This document shows, in pieces, positions 8,689-19,241 of a stretch of 64,000 nucleotides of DNA. The stretch comes from an uncultured Acidobacteriota bacterium (lineage in GTDB: Bacteria > Acidobacteriota > Vicinamibacteria > Vicinamibacterales > UBA2999), in assembly GCA_963734095.1 (NCBI GenBank), contig CAVTGK010000055.1, forward strand, positions 96,900-160,899. Direction: 5' to 3'. Under the pieces are notes generated by a model. That model was not told the origin of the DNA, did no database searches, and saw only the letters and a program-made list of their open reading frames with translations. The position numbers were made by a program, and so were the translations under genes. The number at the start of each line of letters is the position of its first letter. Positions within the stretch are counted from its first letter, which is position 1.

Positions 8689-10941
8689 GTGCCCCTCGCA
8701 CCCGGAGCAACGCTCGGCCCTTACGAAATTGTCTCGCCCCTTGGCTCCGGAGGGATGGGTGAGGTCTATCGCGCAACCGATCGGCGGCTCGGACGCCTTG
8801 TCGCGATCAAAGTCCTGCACGTGGGCACCCATGCGTCGACGAACAGTCTGCCGCTGATCGAACGCGAGGCCCGCGCGGTCGCGGCCAACAACCATCCGCA
8901 CATCTGCACGCTGTACGACGTCGGGCAACACGGCGACCTGGGATACCTGGTCATGGAGTATCTCGAGGGTCGAACGCTGGCCGACGTTCTCCGGGCAGGT
9001 CCGTTGCCGCCCACCACCGTGGCTGCCTACGCACGGCAATTCCTCAGCGCGCTGGCCGCGGCTCATGCCAAAGGCGTGATTCACTGCGACCTCAAACCGG
9101 CAAATCTCTTTCTGACCAACGACGGCGTGCTCAAAGTGCTCGACTTCGGCATTGCCAGGCTGGTCGTTGCCGCCGGTCCGCAAGGTGAAACGCGGCTGCA
9201 AACCGGGCACGGCACGTTTTCAGGTACGGTCGGCTATTCAGCGCCGGAGCAACTGCGGGGCGAAGTGCTCGACCACCGAGCCGATATCTTCGCCGCGGGC
9301 GCCGTGCTCTGCGAGCTGCTGACTGGCCGTCCGCCATTCGCGCGCCGCACCTCGGCGGACACGATCAGCGCCATCCTGCACGATCGACCGTCGCCCTTGC
9401 CGGCACACGTACCGCCGGCGCTTGCGGCCGCCATCGCGAGGTGTCTGGAGAAGATCCCGGCTCGCCGCTTCGAATCGGCGGCGGCGCTCCTTGCCGCGCT
9501 TGCGTCAGATGAGGCCACGCCGCCGCCGGCGAGCATCCCAACGACCGATTCGCCGTCGATCGCGGTTCTCCCGTTTGCCGACCTCAGCCCTGATCGTGAC
9601 CAGGAGTACTTCTGCGATGGGATGGCTGATGAACTGATCGCCGCACTCATGACCCTCGAGGGCGTCCGCGTCGCTTCGCGCACGTCGGCGTTTCAGTTCA
9701 AGGGCAACGCGCAGGACATCACCGAGATTGGGCGTCGGCTCAAGGTCCGCAACGTCCTCGAAGGCAGCGTGCGGCGCTCGGGCAATCGTTTACGCATCAC
9801 CGTGCAGTTGACGGACGTGAGCGAAGGGTTTCACCTCTGGTCCCAGCGCTACGACCGGTCGCTCGATGACGTGTTCGCCGTCCAGGACGAAATCGCACAG
9901 GCCATCGTCGATCGTCTGAAGGTGGAGTTGCCCGGAAGCTCCGTCGGCAGTCTCGTACCGACCGCCAGCCGCAACGTCGAGGCCTACAACCTGTATTTGA
10001 AGGGTCGCTACTCCATTCGCAAGCTCACGAAAGAAGGCTTCGAGAATGGCATGACGTACTTCCGGCAGGCGCTCGAGTTGCACCCGGATTACGCCGAGGC
10101 GCATGCGGCGACGGCTCAAGGCTACATGCTGCTTGCGATTTTCTCGGTGGCCCCGCCCCGCCATGTGATGCCAATCGCCATTCAGTCGGCGATGCGTGCG
10201 CTCGAATTGAACCCGCGGCTCGCCGAAGGACAACTCGGGATGGCGTGGGCGCGTCACTGGTATGACTGGAAATGGGCCGAAGCCGACGAGTTCTACCGGC
10301 GAGCCGTGGAGCTGACCCCCGGCGACAGCTGGCCCCGGATGTGTTATGCCACGTACCTCGGGTTGCGCGGCCGGTACGACGAAGCCATCGCGGAAGCGCG
10401 ACAGGCCACCGAGCTGGATCCCGTCTCCGCCATTATCAGTCGCGGTGTGTCTGACGTCCTGACGATGGGGCGGCGGTTCGACGAGGCGATCGAACACGCC
10501 ACGAAGGCGATTGCGTTGGAGCCGTCGTTCTCCTCGTTGTATTGGTCGCTGGCACTCGCTCAAGCTGGCAACGGACTCTACTCGGACGCCGTCGCGACGC
10601 TGGAGCAAGGTCATCGCTACGGTCAAGGCGACGCCACGCTGGAAAGTTTTCTCGGATGGGCCTACGGGCGCGCCGGCGCCCGCGACAAGGCGTTGGCCGT
10701 GGCGCGGGAACTCGAGACGCGCCGGCAGACGACCTACGTCAACGGCACCTGCATCGGACTGGTTCACCAGGGCGTGGGTGATCTGGACGAGGCGATTCGC
10801 TGGTATCGCCAGGCGTACCAGGATCGGGCCACGGACTGCTGTTCCTACGCCATTGCACCGCACTTCGATCTGATGCGCGAGGACACGCGATTCCAGGAGC
10901 TGATTCAATTGATCGAGGGCGGGGGCCACCGGACGTTGTGA
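8689..10941 (+). CDS. Hanks-type Ser/Thr kinase with TolB_N-like and TPR domains
   Basis: LGSGGMGEVY, VAIK, HCDLKPAN, DFG, APE; SIAVLPF..LS and TPR repeats. Confidence 0.92.
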   Translation: MPLAPGATLGPYEIVSPLGSGGMGEVYRATDRRLGRLVAIKVLHVGTHASTNSLPLIEREARAVAANNHPHICTLYDVGQHGDLGYLVMEYLEGRTLADVLRAGPLPPTTVAAYARQFLSALAAAHAKGVIHCDLKPANLFLTNDGVLKVLDFGIARLVVAAGPQGETRLQTGHGTFSGTVGYSAPEQLRGEVLDHRADIFAAGAVLCELLTGRPPFARRTSADTISAILHDRPSPLPAHVPPALAAAIARCLEKIPARRFESAAALLAALASDEATPPPASIPTTDSPSIAVLPFADLSPDRDQEYFCDGMADELIAALMTLEGVRVASRTSAFQFKGNAQDITEIGRRLKVRNVLEGSVRRSGNRLRITVQLTDVSEGFHLWSQRYDRSLDDVFAVQDEIAQAIVDRLKVELPGSSVGSLVPTASRNVEAYNLYLKGRYSIRKLTKEGFENGMTYFRQALELHPDYAEAHAATAQGYMLLAIFSVAPPRHVMPIAIQSAMRALELNPRLAEGQLGMAWARHWYDWKWAEADEFYRRAVELTPGDSWPRMCYATYLGLRGRYDEAIAEARQATELDPVSAIISRGVSDVLTMGRRFDEAIEHATKAIALEPSFSSLYWSLALAQAGNGLYSDAVATLEQGHRYGQGDATLESFLGWAYGRAGARDKALAVARELETRRQTTYVNGTCIGLVHQGVGDLDEAIRWYRQAYQDRATDCCSYAIAPHFDLMREDTRFQELIQLIEGGGHRTL

Positions 10942-11738
10942 GCGTCTCGCCTCGAGACCGTTCCTTGCTCATTGCCTGCGGGGCACTCCTTCTCGTCGCC
11001 GTTCTGGCTCACGTCTACTACCTCCTCGGCGGTGAAACGGCGTTCTGGATCGTTGTGACCGTGGCGATGGCGGCGTTCTGCTTCGTCAGTTGCATGCACG
11101 TGATGGGGCGGTCGGCGGCGCTGCGGTTCCTGGCGATTGGCGTCACCTTCGGTTTGTTCTTCGAAACGCTGTCGGTTCACACGGGGTTCCCGTTTGGTCC
11201 GTACTACTACACGGCGGTGTTTGGACCGGACGTGTTCGGTGTGCCGTACATCATCCCGCTGGCGTGGTACGTCATCGTCTACCTGTCGTTCATCATCGCG
11301 AATCTGATGGTCGAGCACCGGCCGATCGTCCATGGCAGGGTCGCGCAAGCCGTGTGGTTGTCCTTGATCGGCGCGGCGGTGGTGACTGCCTACGATCTTT
11401 CGCTCGACCCGTTCATGGTGACGCGCGTCCGGGCGTGGGTCATGGAAAACCCAGGCTCGTACTTCGGTGAGCAGTATCGAGGTTTCGCCGGGTGGATGCT
11501 GACGTCGTTTCTGATTTCCGTGACGTTTCGTCTGACGCAGCGTCAGGGTCAGTCGACTCCGGCGACGATTCCCCCGCTTGCCGCCGCCTATCCGGTTGCG
11601 GCGTATGGGCTGTGGTGCGTGTTCTTCGCGGTCGCCGGGGAACCGCCGGCGACGCGAGCCATTGCGGTGTTCGCGATGGGGATACCGACGCTGACCGCGA
11701 TTTCGGGATTTGCCAAGTGGACACAAGCCAAGGTATGA
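10938..11738 (+). CDS. CruF-like (DUF422) carotenoid biosynthesis membrane protein
   Basis: E.LSVHTGFPFGPYYYT, GVP..IPLAW and D...DP motifs; multiple transmembrane segments; GTGA overlap with the kinase. Confidence 0.82.
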   Translation: MSVSPRDRSLLIACGALLLVAVLAHVYYLLGGETAFWIVVTVAMAAFCFVSCMHVMGRSAALRFLAIGVTFGLFFETLSVHTGFPFGPYYYTAVFGPDVFGVPYIIPLAWYVIVYLSFIIANLMVEHRPIVHGRVAQAVWLSLIGAAVVTAYDLSLDPFMVTRVRAWVMENPGSYFGEQYRGFAGWMLTSFLISVTFRLTQRQGQSTPATIPPLAAAYPVAAYGLWCVFFAVAGEPPATRAIAVFAMGIPTLTAISGFAKWTQAKV

Positions 11739-14142
11739 CGTGGAGAACCTGCATCGCGGTGATCGTGGTGTGGCTCTCGTTCGCGCTCGTCAACGCTGTG
11801 GCTCAAACCCCAACGGCCGTTTCTGGCGAGGTGACACAGCGAGATGGGGCGCCGCTGGCGGGTGTGATGGTTCTCGTGCGCGAGACCGGCGCGCTCGAGT
11901 GGACGTCCAGCGACGGGCGCTACACGCTTGCCGCTCTGAGGCCCGGCACCTACACGCTGGTGCTGTCACTCGGCGGCTACACGGTCGAGGAGAAGGCAGT
12001 CGTGACTGAGGGTCAATCGATCCGGGTGACGACCCAGGTCGACTGGCCCTTGTCGTTCGTCGAAATGCTGGTTGTCAGGGCACCCTCGCGGCAGGTGGAA
12101 TCGCTTACCGATGCGCCGGCAGCGGTGACAACCCTGGATGCCGTCGACGTCGGCCGACAGTCGACGGGAAACCAGCTGCCGCTGCTGCTCGCGGCTGCGC
12201 CCGGCGTGCAAGTTGCCCAGAGCGGTCTCTACGATTTCGCGGTCAACGCGCGCGGATTCAATGACTTCAACAACCGGCGCGTCCGCACGGAAGTCGATGG
12301 ACGCGATGCGTCGATGCCGCAGGTCACGGGATACACCGATTGGGGGTCGCTGGCGTTCGGGCTCGGGGAAGTCGAGCGGATCGAGTTCGTGCGAGGACCC
12401 GGGGGCGCGTTATACGGCATGGGTGCGCTCAACGGCGTGCTGAGCATTCAGACCAAAGCGCCCGCAGACAGTCTCGGCGGGCGGGCGCGATTCACGTTCG
12501 GCGAGCTCGATACCGTTCGCGGCGATGCCCGGCTGGCCACCGAACTGGGGAGCGGCTGGTACCTGAGAGTGCTCGGCGGCTACCAGCGCAGCCGGGACTT
12601 TGCCCTGTCGCGTGTCTCGTCCGTCGAATATGCGCCAGGCACGTTACCCACGGAGGTGGTACCCCTCATCACCGATCACGCCACGCTCGCCTTCGGCGGT
12701 GTGCGCCTCGACCGGAATGCTGCGAACGGCCGCCGCCTCGTCGTCGAGGCCGGTGCGATGGCGAAAGAGGGTCAGGTGTCACTGACCAGCCTTGGAAGAT
12801 ACCAAGCGAGCGACCAGACCTTCCCCTGGCTGCGCGCATCGTATGAGTCCCCTCGCTGGAACGTGCTGACCGCCTACACGGTCGCGGACATCCAGGACCA
12901 GATCGGCTTGTCCGCGGGTCAGCCCACTTATCAGTTCGCGACGAACTTCCAGGTCGACGTGCAAACCAATCGCACGTTTGCCGCAGGTCGCGGTCGTTGG
13001 GTCGGTGGCGGGGCCTACGGCCGGCAGAAAGTCGACTCGGCGGACCCTCAAGGGGTGCAGACCAATTACGACCAGCCCGAGACAGCCGACAACGGAGCTG
13101 TATTCGGTCAGATGGATTACCGCCTGACCGACAGGCTGAAAACGGCGGTCGCGCTCCGGGTCGATGCGAGCACGCTCAGCCGGACGACGTTCTCGCCACG
13201 CGCGGCGGTTGTGTACGACCTCGCGGCCGCGCAGCATGCGCGATTTGGATTCAGCCGGGCCTACAAAGCGCCTACGATCGCCGAGCGCCGGCTGCGTGCG
13301 CCGATTGCACCACCGGTGGACCTGTCCGCGTTGGAACAAGCGTTGTCGCCGGTGCTGGGGGGCACGTCGCTTGGGTTTGCCAGCGTGCCCTGTTGGCCGT
13401 GGGGAACGAGGAACTGGACGTCGAAGAGATCACCAGCTTCGAGGCCGGCTACAGCGTCGTCGTGCGCAACCGCACGTTCGTGCAGGCCACCTACTACCGG
13501 AACCACGTGAATACCTTTACGAGCGGACTCTTGCCGCAGGTGGGAACGAGCCTCGGGCGCTTGAATCCAGCATTTGGTCCCTACCAGCCGCCAGCGTCGC
13601 TCTCTCCGACGGCTGCCGCGATCGTGACCACCGCGCTCGCCCAAACCTTGCCGCCGCCGCTCTTTGCCTCGATGTCGAATCGGGCCGACGGGTCACCCGT
13701 TTTCGCGGTTCTGTCGCTGGCCAATTTCGGCGAAGCCGACACACAAGGGATCGAACTGAGTGCGTCGACTCAAATCAATGCCTGGCGCTTTGACGCCAGC
13801 TACGGTTGGTTCGATTTCACGATCAAGTCCGAAGCGCCGGATGTTCCGTTGGCCCCCAACACTCCGTCGCAACAGGGCGCGCTCGGCGCCGCGTACGTCA
13901 CGCCGCGATTCGACGTCGGCGCGCGCGTGCGGCTGGTCGACGGCTTCGACTGGGTCTCAGGTATCTACGCCGGACCGGTGCCCGGCTACGGCGTCGTAGA
14001 TCTACAGGCGAACTACCAGGTGACGAGCGCGCTGCAAATCGGCTTCGAGGTCGCCAATGCACTCAACCATGTGCACTACGAGATTTTCGGCGGCGATCTT
14101 CTCAAGCGGCGCGCGCTGGGTCATGCCACGATTGGTTGGTAA
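11735..14142 (+). CDS. TonB-dependent receptor with carboxypeptidase-regulatory-like N-domain (frameshift near 13390)
   Basis: Plug motifs NARGFN and RIEFVRGPGGALYG; barrel strands; terminal W; ATGA overlap with upstream gene. Confidence 0.9.
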
Positions 14143-14879
14143 GCGCCCGTCACTGGCGCGGCTCGCAGCGCTCGCCAACGCTGGCGGTACAGGTAGATGT
14201 AGGTGAAATCAAGGATTGCGATACTCGCGTACAAGAAGTAGAGCAGATGCGAATTCGGGGGCTGTGCGATGTGAGGTGCACGAAGCAGCGTGCCAGCCTC
14301 GCTGAACTGCATTGGCCACCAGATGTAGCAGAACACCGCGCCGGCGACGCTTCCGACCATCTTGCTCCACGCGGCAGCGTGGGGCAGGCCCTCGAGGCGA
14401 GGCCGTGAAAACAGCAGCGGAATGAACAGCAAGCTGAGGACGAAATTGATCAGGAAGGACAGGGCGAGGCCGTAGATGTCGTTGAAATACGTCGCGAAGC
14501 TGTAGAGCCCGATCAGGCTGGCCGACAGCCCCGCGATGCAGATCGTGTGGAAGTGTTCACGCACCCACGGGTTGGTTTGCCACCGTCGTCCGTAGAGGAA
14601 CGCTTGCGTCACGATGATGCAGTCGGCCAGGAACCACAGACGGTTGCCCCAGACGAGGACGGTTGCCTCACTTGTAGTGACCAGGTTGAAGGAGAAGATG
14701 AACTCCCACGAGATGTTGAGAAAGATGCACGCGAGCGGCACGCCGTACGTCTTCTCTTTGAATCCAGCCCTGAGAATCTGGACGTATGCGAGCGTCCATG
14801 CGCCGAACATCACCGCGCCAATGGCCTGGAGTGTCGGGGTCAGATCATGCGACAGGCTGTAGAGAAATGCAGCTCTCAT
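14121..14879 (-). CDS. Pyr4/PaxB/XiaE-type transmembrane terpene cyclase-like protein
   Basis: W...Y.....G...KTYGVP.....LNISWEF and W...D pattern, about 7 TM helices, 252 aa. Confidence 0.75.
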   Translation of the reverse strand: MRAAFLYSLSHDLTPTLQAIGAVMFGAWTLAYVQILRAGFKEKTYGVPLACIFLNISWEFIFSFNLVTTSEATVLVWGNRLWFLADCIIVTQAFLYGRRWQTNPWVREHFHTICIAGLSASLIGLYSFATYFNDIYGLALSFLINFVLSLLFIPLLFSRPRLEGLPHAAAWSKMVGSVAGAVFCYIWWPMQFSEAGTLLRAPHIAQPPNSHLLYFLYASIAILDFTYIYLYRQRWRALRAAPVTGAYQPIVA

Positions 14880-14970
14880 CCGTCCTTCAATCTTCGTGAC
14901 TTCGAGACTCCGTGGCCTCTTCTCTCACTCAGTGCGGCCGTAGTCTATACGTGTTGACGCAGAAGTGGTG

Positions 14971-16193
14971 ATGTCATCCGCACTCTGGACGGATGAATTT
15001 CTCACGCAGCAGCGGCAGCTTGCCGACCCGCTCGGCGACGCCGTGATCCGCGAAGTGTTCGATCGCGGAGATATCGGCGCATTGAACGACTTCATGGGCC
15101 GTCTCGTGCGCGATGATGAGATTCCCGCCGATGTACCCGAGGAAGTCAGAACGTTTCTGCGGCAGACATCGGCCCTGCCGAAATGGGCATGTGTTGAGAA
15201 GATTCGCGTAGCCGAGCGTCTCTTCAACATCTACGGCGGCGTGTGTCTCACGGCGCTCGTCTGTGCCAGCCTTCCTGAGTGCTACACGATGCGGATTGGC
15301 GTGCGCATCCTCGACCTGACCAGTCAGCTCGGCGTACAAAACGACGGCTGCATCAAACGGCGCATGGTTGGCGGTATGGGCCTCTGGCTCGAGCAAGCGG
15401 ATTCGGCGTGCGCAGACGCAGAAAGTCCGCCTGATCACGCCGCAATCCGCTTCGGATCCTGAGCGCCTGCAGGCCGGAGCAACACCAGCCGCCTCCCAGG
15501 CAGTTTCCGGCCTCGTGCCAGGCGCCGTGAGATCGGTGAACGATGTCGTCGACCGGCACGGATTGGACTGGCAGATCGATCGCGATGGAATGCCAATCAA
15601 CCAGGAGGACCTCGCGTTCACGCTCCTGACGTTCGGCCATGTCATCCCACGGGGACTACGGACTTGCGGTGTGAAACTCTCGAGCGCGGAGTACAAAGCG
15701 TTTCTACACTGTTGGAACGTCGTCGGTTTCGGGCTCGGAGTCAAAGAAGAACTGATGGCACACACTGAGGCCGACGCCATCGAATTGTTCGCCCGAATCA
15801 AGTCACGACAAGCCGGCCCGAGTGGCGCGGGCGCCCGTTGACTGACAGCTTGCTGAGAGTGGTGGAGAAAGACATCCTCGAGCTGCCGCTGCTGCGGCCA
15901 GAGGCGCCGATCCTCACGCGAATGCTCGTCGGTGACGCGACGGCGCAGATGCTCGGCCTCGACGTGCGGCATCCGGGAGTGGTTCACGTGGTCCACCGCG
16001 TGACGGCCGTATGCCTGCGAACACTGCAGGTTCTACTCAGCCCCCTTCGCAGCCCTTTCAGCCCATGACGCCGCCGGCCGCCTGGCTCGGTCGTAAGTTG
16101 GTCACTCGCTTGTGCTTGATGACCGATGATGGCCGGCCGCGCCAAGTGGCAATCCCCCTGGCTGCAGTGAATCAGGTGATCAGTGAGCCGTGA
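14971..16193 (+). CDS. MpaB/Lcp (DUF2236) heme oxygenase-like protein, several frameshifts
   Basis: ADPLGD, LP.W, SLPECY, QKVRLI(H)AAIR across a frameshift, PINQEDLAFTLLTF, W...G..LGV. Confidence 0.75.
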
Positions 16194-16265
16194 TCAGGGC
16201 GGTCGGCTGAGGGCCTCGCCGACGGCTTGCTTGATCATCCGGTCGCTTTTCGGGTATTCTCCGGC

Positions 16266-16289
16266 GTGGTTTTGACTATTCAAAACCAC
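16266..16289. promoter_or_regulatory. Palindromic operator GTGGTTTTGACTATTCAAAACCAC, candidate DtxR/MntR box
   Basis: 24-bp inverted repeat with one mismatched pair, between -10 TATTCT (16255-16260) and ATG 16295; same core at 20503. Confidence 0.7.
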
Positions 16290-16294
16290 AATCA

Positions 16295-17434
16295 ATGAGA
16301 ATCCGAAACGCGATTCGGCTCGCCGCTGCTGCGTCGCTGGTGCTGTCAGCGCCGGCGGGCGCGCAGACGTCTGGGACGGATCAGCCCCGAACGGGACCGA
16401 TTTCCGGGTACATGGAGGTGCACCTCAACGCGCCAGTGGACCGCGCGGACGGCGATCCCACGTTGGACTTCCATCGGTTCGTGCTGCTCTTCAGCCACAG
16501 CTTCTCGGATCGTCTGCGGTTCGTTGGCGAGTTGGAGCTCGAACACGCCTTTGTCGAAGGCCTCGAGGAGGCGGGCGAAATCGAGCTCGAACAGGCGTAC
16601 ATCGATGTGCTGACGCGCCCGTGGCTCAACTTCCGCGGCGGAATGGTCCTGACGCCCGTTGGCATCATCAACGAGCGTCACGAGCCGCCGGTGTTCTACG
16701 GCGTCGAGCGGCCCTTCGTCGACACCGTCATCGTTCCAACGACGTGGTTCGAGGCCGGAGCGGGTGTACACGGCCGGGTCGGATCGGCCTGGAGTTACCG
16801 CGCGTACGTCATGGCGCCGCTCGATGCGACCGAATTCACCGCCGACGAAGGGCTCCGGGGCGGCATTCAAAAGGGGAGTCGCGCCAACATCCGAAATCCA
16901 GCGCTCACTGGGCGAGTCGAGTTTACCGGTGTCCGGTCGCTGACGCTCGGCATCAGCGGCTGGCGCGGTGATGCGGGCTTCAACGTGCCACGGCTCGATC
17001 CAAAGGTCGGCGTCATCGAGTTCGATGGCCGCTACCGGCGCGCCGGATTCGAAGCGCGCGGACAGTTTGCGTACGTGACCATTTCCGACGCCGGCCGGCT
17101 CAACGATGCGTTGACGTTGCAGATTGGCGTCGATCCCAACATCGCGCGAGCACTCAGGGGTTTCTATCTCGAGGGGAGTCGATTGTTTGGTCTGCCGAGC
17201 ATCGGGCACGAGGTTGGTGTGTTTGCCCGCTACGAGAACTTCGACACCCAGTTCAAGATGCCGGACGATCGTCTGCCGATTCCCGAGTTCGATCGGGCTG
17301 CCTGGGTGGTGGGTGCCAGCTACTTTCTCGATCCCGACGTAGCGATCAAGTTCGACTACACCCATCAGATGAGTGAAAGCACACTGCGTCGTGCTCCGCG
17401 CACCGTGAATGTCGGCTTGGGCTGGTGGTTCTAG
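16295..17434 (+). CDS. Outer-membrane beta-barrel porin (OprO/P-like, metal-uptake associated)
   Basis: Signal peptide, DFHRFVL, ELELEH, ELEQAY, NERHEP and C-terminal GLGWWF. Confidence 0.75.
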   Translation: MRIRNAIRLAAAASLVLSAPAGAQTSGTDQPRTGPISGYMEVHLNAPVDRADGDPTLDFHRFVLLFSHSFSDRLRFVGELELEHAFVEGLEEAGEIELEQAYIDVLTRPWLNFRGGMVLTPVGIINERHEPPVFYGVERPFVDTVIVPTTWFEAGAGVHGRVGSAWSYRAYVMAPLDATEFTADEGLRGGIQKGSRANIRNPALTGRVEFTGVRSLTLGISGWRGDAGFNVPRLDPKVGVIEFDGRYRRAGFEARGQFAYVTISDAGRLNDALTLQIGVDPNIARALRGFYLEGSRLFGLPSIGHEVGVFARYENFDTQFKMPDDRLPIPEFDRAAWVVGASYFLDPDVAIKFDYTHQMSESTLRRAPRTVNVGLGWWF

Positions 17435-17436
17435 GC

Positions 17437-17862
17437 ATGAGGCTTCAAATGAGAGCGGGTTCTTCAGTCACACGCGCGGCCGCCGTCGTGGGCGCGGCGG
17501 CAATGCTGGTCGGGGCGTCTCCCGCGCCACCGTCCGACCGCGCGTTCGCGAGCGTGTCTCAATCGACACGTGTGGTAAACGTGACCGCCGAGCGCTTCGC
17601 GTTTTTTCCGTCCGAGCTGTCGGTTGATGTGGGGACAGAGATCGAATTCCGGCTCCGGAGCGAGGACACCGCTCACGGCTTTCGCATCCTCGGACAGTCA
17701 GTCGAGGTCGTCATTCCCAAGCGCGGACGCGGCGAAGCCACGGCTCGGTTCGCACCGCTGACGCCCGGGACCTACACGTTCGAATGCTCGCGCATGTGCG
17801 GCGCGGGTCACAGCTTCATGCGCGGCACGATCAGGGTGCGCGCGGCAAGCGATCAGCCATGA
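17437..17862 (+). CDS. Secreted cupredoxin with CuA-like motif
   Basis: AHGF and CSRMCGAGHSFM (Cx3Cx3Hx2M). Confidence 0.8.
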   Translation: MRLQMRAGSSVTRAAAVVGAAAMLVGASPAPPSDRAFASVSQSTRVVNVTAERFAFFPSELSVDVGTEIEFRLRSEDTAHGFRILGQSVEVVIPKRGRGEATARFAPLTPGTYTFECSRMCGAGHSFMRGTIRVRAASDQP

Positions 17863-19157
17863 AAGCCCTTGTCATCGCCGCACTCGTCCTGACGGCGTCT
17901 CTCGCGGCGCGATCCGCGCTCATCGCGCAGTCTGTCCGGGTAGGCGAACCGCTCGCGGGAATCACGAGCAGCCAGTTCGAGGAGTTCCGGCTTGGCCTCG
18001 ACGATTTTCTCGAGGTTGAAACCTCCGAGGAAGGGCTGGGGCCAGCCTTCAACGGCACGAGCTGCGCCGTCTGTCACAACGTGCCATCGGTCGGCGGCGG
18101 CGGAACGATTGCCGAAATTCGAGCGGCTGGCCGCGATTCGGCCGGACGCCCGGTCGCGCTTTCACGCGACGGCGAAACGCTGTTTCAACTGTTCTCGATT
18201 CCCACCCACGGATGCCAGGTGATTATTCCGCCCGAGGCGGTGATTATCGCGAGGCGGATTCCGATTCCGCTTTTTGGCGCCGGACTGGTCGAAGCAATTC
18301 CCGACGCGACGATCCTGTCGCTTGCCGATCCAGATGATCGCGACGGCGATGGCGTGAGCGGTCGGGCGTCCGTGATCCGTGACGTCGAGACCGGCGACGC
18401 GCGCGTTGGACGCTTCGGGTGGAAAGCGCAGCATGCCACGCTGCTCACCTTTGGAGCCGACGCCTATCGCAACGAGATGGGCATCACGAACGATCTGTTC
18501 CGTGAGGAGCTCGGCTTCGGCGTGAGCGCCGAGCAATATCGCCACTGCGATCCGACACCCGATCCCGAAGACTTGATCGACCCTGCGACACGGCGGCGAG
18601 GCATCGACAACTTCGCGTCGTTCATGCGCTTCCTGGCGCCGGTCGCGCGCGAGTCGCAGACGCCGGCGGTTCAGGAAGGCCAGCGCCTGTTTTCTGCCCT
18701 CGGCTGCGCCGCGTGCCACACGCCGAGCCTGGTCACGGGTCCAAGTGCAGACCGAGTCTTCGATCGCCAGGTGGTGGCGCTCTTCTCGGATCTCCTGCTC
18801 CACGATATCGGGACAGGCGATGGCATCCCGCAAGCGGCGGCCAGCCCGGACGAGATTCGCACGCCATCGTTGTGGGGTCTGCGCCTTCGCCGACCGCTCC
18901 TCCATGACGGCCGCGCCGCCACCATCGACGAAGCGATTCGAAGTCACGCCGGGGAAGCGCTGTCCACGCGACGCCGGTTCGAGACCTTGCCGGATGTGTC
19001 AGTGCAGGCGCTGCTGGCGTTTCTCGGTCACTCAGAAATCAAGGACGGAAACACGGAACACGGAAACGTAGCCACGAAGGGCACGAACACACGCAGAGGC
19101 GAGGTCAACGCGTGCGAAAGCGCTTGCTGCGCCACGGGGGGCGCGCGTCAGCCGTGA
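17859..19157 (+). CDS. Di-heme oxidoreductase family (DUF1111) protein; the tail runs into repeats
   Basis: GLGPAFN..SCAVCH, P.FGAGL, GRFGWKA, GCAACH, SDLLLHD, RTPSLWG and HDGRA. Confidence 0.88.
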   Translation: MKALVIAALVLTASLAARSALIAQSVRVGEPLAGITSSQFEEFRLGLDDFLEVETSEEGLGPAFNGTSCAVCHNVPSVGGGGTIAEIRAAGRDSAGRPVALSRDGETLFQLFSIPTHGCQVIIPPEAVIIARRIPIPLFGAGLVEAIPDATILSLADPDDRDGDGVSGRASVIRDVETGDARVGRFGWKAQHATLLTFGADAYRNEMGITNDLFREELGFGVSAEQYRHCDPTPDPEDLIDPATRRRGIDNFASFMRFLAPVARESQTPAVQEGQRLFSALGCAACHTPSLVTGPSADRVFDRQVVALFSDLLLHDIGTGDGIPQAAASPDEIRTPSLWGLRLRRPLLHDGRAATIDEAIRSHAGEALSTRRRFETLPDVSVQALLAFLGHSEIKDGNTEHGNVATKGTNTRRGEVNACESACCATGGARQP

Positions 19158-19241
19158 TGGTTTTCGAAGATGGCTTCGGCGCACGCCTGGCTATCGCAAC
19201 GTCTAAGGCGAGTTTGTGAACCTGACGGCATGTCGTCGCCG

